A DNA stretch of 64,000 bases from assembly GCA_000993405.1 (NCBI GenBank), contig LBWB01000008.1, positions 26,325 through 90,324 on the forward strand, written 5' to 3'. How positions within the stretch are numbered: the stretch's first letter is position 1; each line of letters starts with the position of its first letter. The notes under the pieces are model-generated. The model searched no databases and had not been told where the DNA came from. It saw nothing but the letters and a program-made list of their open reading frames with translations. This document shows, piece after piece, positions 57,351 through 64,000 of the stretch. The stretch comes from Candidatus Woesebacteria bacterium GW2011_GWB1_39_12 (GTDB lineage Bacteria; Patescibacteriota; Microgenomatia; UBA8517). The position numbers were made by a program, and so were the translations under genes.

Positions 57351-58052
57351 CTAAAGTGCATGCTTTTTTATATTGGATCTTAAACTCTCTAAATGTTTAT
57401 TGTTATTTAATTCTAAAACCTTTAATTTAATTTTTCCGCCTACTTTATTTAATTCAAAAAAATTAAGGGCTGCGGGTTCGATATTGTGCGTCCAAATTTC
57501 ATCGAGTGTCCAGCCGTTTGCCAATGTTACCAAAATTCTGACAACGTTATCGTGAGTAATAATAAGTGTATTTTCCGTAAGCATAACATTATCCAAAAAC
57601 GCCTGAATTCTCTGAAGCATATCGACAAATGCCTCCCCTCCCGGAAAAATAGCCTGACTGGGTTTTGTTAGCCAAGTATCATAGATTTCGGGATAAAGTT
57701 CTTTCACCAAATGTTTATTTTTTCCCTCCCATTCTCCATGGTTTGTTTCTATTATTAAATCGCTAACTTCAATAGGACAGTCACAGATTCTGGATACTTC
57801 AAGGGCAGTTTGATACGTCCTTTTCAAAGGGCTCGAAATTATTCTACTGATCCCCAAGCCTTCAAGTTTTCGGGCAAGAGCTTCTGCTTGTTTTTTACCA
57901 AGAGGGGAGAGATCTGTATCATAGGTCTGACCTTGATAGATACCTCTTGTATTTGCCACACTTTCTGCATGTCGAACAACAATAATTCTCGAAATACCTC
58001 GTGTGAGTTTTTGCTCGGTTATTTTAGTAAATTCAATTAAATCTTCTTCCAT
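57351..58052 (-). CDS. Histidine phosphatase (dPGM-like; possibly phosphoserine phosphatase)
   Basis: VRHAES, SSPLKR, GEWEG, ITH; co-operonic with serS. Confidence 0.85.
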   Translation of the reverse strand: MEEDLIEFTKITEQKLTRGISRIIVVRHAESVANTRGIYQGQTYDTDLSPLGKKQAEALARKLEGLGISRIISSPLKRTYQTALEVSRICDCPIEVSDLIIETNHGEWEGKNKHLVKELYPEIYDTWLTKPSQAIFPGGEAFVDMLQRIQAFLDNVMLTENTLIITHDNVVRILVTLANGWTLDEIWTHNIEPAALNFFELNKVGGKIKLKVLELNNNKHLESLRSNIKKHAL

Positions 58053-58379
58053 CGATACCTTTTCAAATTAGCAGTAAGATTTCTGCTAATTTGAGCATAT
58101 ACTACCAATTTATCGATATAAAATTCAAAACATAACTAATTAAAACGTTTTGAATTTTCTATGTAATATTCATGTGAAGTTACGCTCCTGAAGGAAGGTG
58201 CCAGCTTAACTTTTACTACGTTCATGTGAACTGAATGTAGTTTACTTAATTTATCCGTTACGTAGATTATACGTCTTGGTTTTCTACCCCAAGAAGCTCA
58301 GTGATTGGAAGTCACCTAATAACGCTTTTGTAAATTGTTAACTGTTATGTATTTTAAAAAAAGATAATTAATCTGTCAA
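58053..58379 (-). promoter_or_regulatory. Sigma70 promoter and ~290-nt structured T-box-like leader
   Basis: TTGACA(58379-74)-17-TAAAAT(58356-51); multi-stem 5' domain containing AA-TCT-A; bulged helix with TGGCACC (58203-58197); downstream hairpins. Confidence 0.5.
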
Positions 58380-58413
58380 CCACTTATTGTTTAGTATGAT
58401 ATATCATACTAAA

Positions 58414-58995
58414 TTATAATCCTAGTTCTTCATGTATCCCCTGCATTGCGGAAAGCGCGATTTCGATAAACTCCCGAAGTGGAATTCCAAGTCGAGATTC
58501 ACATTCTTCAATTTGTTCTCTTTTAACGCCCGCCGCAAAAGATCTCTGATCCCACTTATGCAAAACCGAATCAGCAGTTACCTCGGCTAAGGTTTTATTC
58601 GGCTTAACAAGAGCTACCGCAACAATCATTCCGGTTAATTCGTCGCAGCAGTACAAAGACCACTCAAGGTTATTTTTGGGAGGGTTTTGACCTGTGTGTG
58701 CATAATTGTGCGACAAAATTGCTTCTAATATCTCTTGATCTCTAACTTCTTCTTTCTTGAGCCATTCAACCATTCTTAAAGTATGAAGTTCAGGAGTAGC
58801 CTTAGTTTCCTCATAGTCTCCGTCGTGCAAAAGTCCGATAATTCCCCATTTGTCTTCCTCTTCTTGCGTCTGTTTGTGATCCTCTAACCGTTTATATAAA
58901 GCCCGCATCACAGCTTCCACTGCATAACAATGCCTCCTCAAATTCTGATTCTCCATATGCTCATGAAGAAGTTTCAATGCTTTATCTCTGGTCAT
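58414..58995 (-). CDS. HD-domain (HDIG-like) phosphohydrolase
   Basis: RRHC, GLLHDGD, ILSHN, CDELTG. Confidence 0.88.
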   Translation of the reverse strand: MTRDKALKLLHEHMENQNLRRHCYAVEAVMRALYKRLEDHKQTQEEEDKWGIIGLLHDGDYEETKATPELHTLRMVEWLKKEEVRDQEILEAILSHNYAHTGQNPPKNNLEWSLYCCDELTGMIVAVALVKPNKTLAEVTADSVLHKWDQRSFAAGVKREQIEECESRLGIPLREFIEIALSAMQGIHEELGL

Positions 58996-60557
58996 GCTTT
59001 GCTCACCTCTTTTAATCTTTTTATAACTTTCTCCTTAGGATGGCTTAATAAAAACCAAGCTGCACGCGGGCCATGATCTTTACCAATGAAAGTTTGATAG
59101 ATAGCAGAAAATGCCTTTTTGGAATCTAGTTTAATTTCTTTGGATAAATTATATAAAGACAGCTGTAATTCCTCTGGCCTATCAGATTTATTTATTAAAT
59201 CAATAATCTTACTTAAATATTCCTTTTGCTTAACATCAAGTTTTTTAGCTCCTTCAGATAATTTTTCTGAAAAAACCAGTTTAAAATCATTAGAAGCATA
59301 TTTTTCCAACCAAATCTTTGCATATTTTTCCCGCTCACTGAGTATCTTCAATTCATATTCATTCAGCTTTTCTCCCTTAATTTCTTCAAATTTTTCCTGA
59401 AGATTTTCTGCCAGCTGTAAATAATTCGCTACGTCTCTGAATCTTGGAAGAAAAATCTTTTTTCTTTGAGATATGTCTTTTATCTGTGACAATACAAAAA
59501 CCCTACTCAAATTAGGATCCGAGTCGTTATTATATGCCTGCCAACATTTATCGTAATCGTCAAAAATATCGGAAATTACCATTGTTCCGACTGGATTAAA
59601 CTCGATTGATTCACGATAATCAGTCCGAACAAAGAGAAACCTGGCCAATGCTGGGGGAAAGATACTTGTGATATCGTGAGCTTTAAAACCAATTCCTTTT
59701 GATGAAGACATTTTTCTACCCCCGACTATAAACCATTCATAGGGAAGCTTATAAGGCTCCGGATAATTAAAAACTTCTCTGCATAAAGCCATTGCGATAT
59801 CATAGGAACCACCCGCAGAAGCATGGTCTTTTCCGGCTCCTTCTATGGTTACTCCAATAACTTTCCAGTGGGCTGCCCAATCCACTTTCCATGGTAATTT
59901 TCCGGTCCCACCAAATGGGGTTATTTTCCCCTCATATCCGCAACCTTGTGCCCAAACTACAAGATCAGGCTCACATTTATAAGAAACTTGTTTTCCGTCC
60001 CAAGCAAAAACCCTGGTGGTACCGAGTTTTCCGCACTTTTCGCATTCCACCTGAAAAGGAAGCCATCCTTTCTCTCTTTTTTTACTGCCGCTTACCTTTT
60101 GATAAATATCTTGAATTTTTTCTGCATTGTCGAGTGCTTCTTTGATTACCCCGTCAAACCTGCCCCCTCTATACATTTCATAAGAAGACAAAAATTCTGC
60201 TTCTACTCCCAGATCAAGTTGAACTTTCTTGAAATCCTCAGCAATTAAAGTACCAAGACTGTCATATTTTGAATCGGGTGATGGAATTTTTCTTAAAGGA
60301 AAACCTAAATAATCTTTATACTTCTCTTTAAATTCCGGAGGCAATTCGTCCGCGGGATCAAAATCATTTATCACAAAGGTTAACTTTGCCTCTTTACTTA
60401 AATCCCGAAGAGCTCGATAGATTAGACTGTGTATTACTGGACCCCTTAATGCTCCAATATGGGCGAATCCTGAAGGAGTTTTCATATCATCTACCCAATA
60501 TGGAATATATTTGCCGGATTCTAAAATCTCTTTTGCTACTTTATCCACCCAATACAT
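58992..60557 (-). CDS. lysS: Class I lysine-tRNA ligase
   Basis: TPSGFAHIG, CEKCGK, KLPWKVDWAA.W, GAGKDH, KMSSSKG. Confidence 0.95.
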   Translation of the reverse strand: MYWVDKVAKEILESGKYIPYWVDDMKTPSGFAHIGALRGPVIHSLIYRALRDLSKEAKLTFVINDFDPADELPPEFKEKYKDYLGFPLRKIPSPDSKYDSLGTLIAEDFKKVQLDLGVEAEFLSSYEMYRGGRFDGVIKEALDNAEKIQDIYQKVSGSKKREKGWLPFQVECEKCGKLGTTRVFAWDGKQVSYKCEPDLVVWAQGCGYEGKITPFGGTGKLPWKVDWAAHWKVIGVTIEGAGKDHASAGGSYDIAMALCREVFNYPEPYKLPYEWFIVGGRKMSSSKGIGFKAHDITSIFPPALARFLFVRTDYRESIEFNPVGTMVISDIFDDYDKCWQAYNNDSDPNLSRVFVLSQIKDISQRKKIFLPRFRDVANYLQLAENLQEKFEEIKGEKLNEYELKILSEREKYAKIWLEKYASNDFKLVFSEKLSEGAKKLDVKQKEYLSKIIDLINKSDRPEELQLSLYNLSKEIKLDSKKAFSAIYQTFIGKDHGPRAAWFLLSHPKEKVIKRLKEVSKA

Positions 60558-60626
60558 ATTGAGGAAATTTTACCTCTAGCACACATTCACCACAAGCCTG
60601 TATTATTCGATAAATTTTTGAGATTG

Positions 60627-61094
60627 CTACTCTATTGACAAAATTTCGTAGATAACTTTTCCAGCCGGGGCTTCGACTTCGACTTTGTCACCAATATTCT
60701 TTCCTATCAGCGCGTGACCAAGAGGAGATGTGTGTGAAATCTTTTTCTCTCCAGGGTCTGCTTCCCAATCGCCAACGATATGAAAAGTATGGGTTGCGCC
60801 ATTCGACTTAACTGTTACTCTTGTTCCCAAACCAACCCCACTACCCGGTTTCCCATTCGAAATAACTTCCGCATTTTTCAGTACTCCCGAAAGCTCATCA
60901 ATTCTTCCGTCTAAAAATTCAAGTTCGTCTTTGGCATTGTGATAATCGGTATTTTCGGTCAAATCTCCCTGATTTCTGGCATTGGAAAGCCTCTCGACTA
61001 CTTTCGGCCTTTTAACCTCCGAAAGTTGTTCGAGTTCTCGCTTTAAAGTTTCCAAGCCCTCCTTTGTAATCTGAATTTTGTTATTTCCGTTCAT
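60627..61094 (-). CDS. greA: Transcription elongation factor GreA
   Basis: ITKEGLE.LK.EL, ARNQGDLTEN.DY, IS..SPLG.ALIG, APAG. Confidence 0.96.
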   Translation of the reverse strand: MNGNNKIQITKEGLETLKRELEQLSEVKRPKVVERLSNARNQGDLTENTDYHNAKDELEFLDGRIDELSGVLKNAEVISNGKPGSGVGLGTRVTVKSNGATHTFHIVGDWEADPGEKKISHTSPLGHALIGKNIGDKVEVEAPAGKVIYEILSIE

Positions 61095-61395
61095 AATTCA
61101 GTCTACCCGCCTTATTTTCGCACTCGGCTTTTCAGAATTATTCATTCACGCCTCGTGCCAAAATTCTTCGGCGGGTTGCACGCTATTAATATTCTGATAT
61201 CAATGTGTGCAAAAAAAACTCCCCCGATTGTTTTGGTATTTGTCGGAGGAAAATTTACTTTTTTTTAACTATCTCCCCAACAAATCACCCATTAACCTTA
61301 TTGGTAATTTGGGCGAAACAAATAAGAACGGGGGATATCAACATTTTGAATTTAATACTTCTCGAAAGTGTAATGATTACATTCCCATTTGTCAA
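61095..61395 (-). promoter_or_regulatory. greA promoter and long leader with internal intrinsic terminator
   Basis: TTGACA(61395-90)-17-TACACT; long hairpin; TTCCTCCGA/TCGGGGGAG followed by T8 (61218-61211); second long hairpin at 61105-61176. Confidence 0.55.
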
Positions 61396-61474
61396 GCTTC
61401 GCTTTTTGCCTTATTCTTGAGAATATTTCATCTTTTGGGGATGATTATTCTCTTTGTTTGAGATAATTAAGATT

Positions 61475-62482
61475 ATGCATATTGGTAAGATTCATTATCC
61501 ACCCCGCGATATTGAAGCCGGAGATTTTATAGAATATTTTCTGATTTCGGGAGTTGCGTCGACTCTCATAATCCGCACATTTTTGAGTCTCACTAGCTAT
61601 CCACAACTAGGAGGGCAGAATTTCCACATTGCGCATATGCTTTGGGGAGGGTTTCTGATGATAGTTGCTCTTTTAAGCCTTTTTATTTTTCTTAACAAGG
61701 AGGTTAAATACTTCGCATCAATTGTTGGAGGAATTGGTTTCGGCGCATTTTTAGATGAGCTTGGAAAATTTATCACCAGCGACAATAACTATTTTTATAG
61801 GCCGACAATAGGGATTATTTACGTCATATTTGTCCTTCTTTTTCTCGCGGCTCGGGCAGTCGAAAAGTACTTCAAATTCACCAAAGACGAGTATGCCGTC
61901 AATGCCATTGAAACCACAAAACAGGCATTAATACATGATCTTGACGAAAAAGAAAAGAGATCCGCGCTTTCTTACTTTCACAAAAGTGATATCGAAAATC
62001 CAATAGTCAAAGCCATGCTTAATGTATTACAAGACTCTGTCGCATTGCCTTCCAAAAAGCCCAACATTTTTCATCAGGTAAGATTATTCGCTAAAAAGAT
62101 TTATCTTAAATTTATACACTCACCCCGTTTTGCAATTTTTATAATAACCTTCTTTGTAATAGCTTCAATAATAAATTTTATAAAAGCTTTTTATGACTTT
62201 TCCAAAGTTCAATCTTTTTCGGAGTGGGGACAGTTAATATTCTCCTTAGTTTCGGGACTGTTTGTACTAATAGGAGTTTATTTTTTAAGTTACAGAAAAT
62301 CCAGAAAACGAGCCTATGAAATGTTCAAGTTGGCTATTCTTATTTCGATTTTCCTGACACAGTTTTTCAGGTTTATCGAAGAACAACTTTCTGCAATAAC
62401 GGGACTTCTACTGAACCTAATAATCCTCTCCGTCCTTCAGTACCTTATATACGAAGAAAAATTATTGGAGAAAGAGGAGTAA
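61475..62482 (+). CDS. Conserved multi-TM membrane protein
   Basis: R.FL..T.YPQLGG..FHIAHMLWGG, FLDELGKFITSDNNYFY. Confidence 0.8.
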   Translation: MHIGKIHYPPRDIEAGDFIEYFLISGVASTLIIRTFLSLTSYPQLGGQNFHIAHMLWGGFLMIVALLSLFIFLNKEVKYFASIVGGIGFGAFLDELGKFITSDNNYFYRPTIGIIYVIFVLLFLAARAVEKYFKFTKDEYAVNAIETTKQALIHDLDEKEKRSALSYFHKSDIENPIVKAMLNVLQDSVALPSKKPNIFHQVRLFAKKIYLKFIHSPRFAIFIITFFVIASIINFIKAFYDFSKVQSFSEWGQLIFSLVSGLFVLIGVYFLSYRKSRKRAYEMFKLAILISIFLTQFFRFIEEQLSAITGLLLNLIILSVLQYLIYEEKLLEKEE

Positions 62483-62546
62483 AGCGACCCAAAAGTCATT
62501 TGCTTTCAAATCAAAAAAAACGAAATTCCTGAATGATAATTTGGGA

Positions 62547-64000
62547 TTACTGTATAGTAACACTGCTTGCATTCGAAGCTGGAATATTTTTATTGAAATC
62601 GATCCAGATTTGACCACAGTATACATTACCAACTCTTGCTCGAATTGGAGTATAAACGTAACTTGTATTTACTCCCGTGGGTTGACTCCATAGAAGATCT
62701 CCGGGACCGTATGTTCCACTTTTACAACTGCCTTGAAATATATATAAAGATGAATTTTTAGGAGCAACTGAATCCCAGCTAAATCTAACAGTATAAGATA
62801 TGGGCCATATTGAAGACTTAGAAGCTGTGCTCTTTAAGACATTTGGATACTTGGGAACTCTTCCGCTTAGTGAAGGATCCCTTCCAAACATATTCCATTC
62901 AAAGCGAGGTGAATTGGTTGAAATTAAATTTGGAATTTCCCAAAGGTAAACTCTAAATTTACTACTGAAATTGTAGAATTCACCTTCTGCCGAAGCCAAA
63001 CTTAATTCCATAAAACCGTTATTATCCATGTCTGCTATTACACCCCCACCCAACGGAACATTGAAAAGTGAAGTTTTCCAATAATTAGAACCATCTTGTT
63101 TGATAATCGAAAATATATTACTCCACATAGTACCTGCTGTCATTTCTAACTTACCATCGCCATCGATGTCGCTTAAGGAAGGTTGGAAATTAGTTACAGG
63201 TTCGGGATTAAAGCTTTTCTTTCCTTCTAAGTCATAAATAGAAAGTTTACCCAACCCTGTCACAATCTCGTCTTTTTCATCACCATCCATATTAGCTAAA
63301 GACGGTCCATAAACATTTGGACTATCATATATAAGCCCTTCATTTCTTGGCCAACCAGGAATTAATGTTCCGTCTTTTTTCCAAACGTATATTTGACTTT
63401 GACAAGTAACTGGGTACTTAACGCAACCTAAACCATAGTTATTTCTATATGTAGCGACTGCAATAAGCTCTGCTTTCCCGTCTCCGTCAAGATCTCCAAA
63501 AGATGGAGTTGAATAAAAATTAACCGGATAATTATTGATAAAAGGTGCTTTATACGGCCACCCCGGAAGTATATTCCCCTGATTATCAAGTAGATACATA
63601 TAACTTGGTCTTCCTACTGCAATTTCCTGTTTCCCGTCATTATCCATATCAAAAATAGAGAGCTGCCCGACATAAAAGTTTGCTGAAGTAAATTCTCCAG
63701 GGTCAAGATTACTAGGTAATGGTGTTTTGGGAAATCCGGCTAGATTACTTCCGTCGGGTTTTAACGCTTGGAGTTTATTAGAACCATCAATTAAAACTAT
63801 TTCCTTCTTTCCATCCTTATCCAAATCAGAAATCACAGGAATGTGGCCCTGACCATGAGTAGGTGATACACCCTCAAAAAGCTTAGGCCAACCTGATTTA
63901 ATTTTTCCATCGCTTCTTATTACGTATATAAATTCCCTGTAATAACCACTATTTAATACCGTTAGGATTATTTCTTTTTTCCCATCATTATCAATATCGT
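62547..64000 (-). CDS. FG-GAP/VCBS repeat protein, 5' end outside window
   Basis: Repeated D[LIM]D.DG..E[IL] motifs with GWP/GFP spacers; frame stays open to position 64000. Confidence 0.88.
   Translation of the reverse strand, partial: DIDNDGKKEIILTVLNSGYYREFIYVIRSDGKIKSGWPKLFEGVSPTHGQGHIPVISDLDKDGKKEIVLIDGSNKLQALKPDGSNLAGFPKTPLPSNLDPGEFTSANFYVGQLSIFDMDNDGKQEIAVGRPSYMYLLDNQGNILPGWPYKAPFINNYPVNFYSTPSFGDLDGDGKAELIAVATYRNNYGLGCVKYPVTCQSQIYVWKKDGTLIPGWPRNEGLIYDSPNVYGPSLANMDGDEKDEIVTGLGKLSIYDLEGKKSFNPEPVTNFQPSLSDIDGDGKLEMTAGTMWSNIFSIIKQDGSNYWKTSLFNVPLGGGVIADMDNNGFMELSLASAEGEFYNFSSKFRVYLWEIPNLISTNSPRFEWNMFGRDPSLSGRVPKYPNVLKSTASKSSIWPISYTVRFSWDSVAPKNSSLYIFQGSCKSGTYGPGDLLWSQPTGVNTSYVYTPIRARVGNVYCGQIWIDFNKNIPASNASSVTIQ

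Noticed and set aside
225-61785. Numerous 60-170-aa ORFs antisense to or nested in assigned genes
   Set aside because: Shadow frames of well-supported genes with no motifs or ribosome-binding sites.

Overview
AT-rich, gene-dense chromosomal segment. It most resembles a Patescibacteria/CPR genome of the Microgenomates (Woesebacteria-like) type; this is inferred from gene content and the style of short repeats, not from a search. Most genes lie on the minus strand. Contents in order: a GT2-GT4 fusion glycosyltransferase and nucleotide-sugar genes (rmlD, rmlA, galU, galE); a sortase operon with three paralogous secreted ~88-aa-repeat proteins; a subtilisin; ftsE-ftsX plus a coiled-coil protein with a circularly permuted M23 peptidase domain; prfB; an alpha-glucan cluster (GT4-GH57-GH15-ROK); a membrane-anchored Clp/Hsp100 ATPase; an ALDH/kbl/tdh/gdhA amino-acid catabolism block; ABC exporters; secA; rarA; a histidine phosphatase-serS operon with a T-box-like leader; greA-lysS (class I); and an FG-GAP repeat protein at the right edge. 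No rRNA, complete tRNA, CRISPR array or transposase was seen. The strongest candidates for novel systems are: (1) the sortase-linked non-Ig repeat-protein surface fibre operon; (2) the permuted M23 partner of FtsEX; (3) a ~105-bp IS200/IS605-type non-autonomous element family with covarying hairpins, one copy of which encloses the ALDH gene; (4) the Ser T-box-like leader; and (5) in-frame palindromic insertions in core genes.
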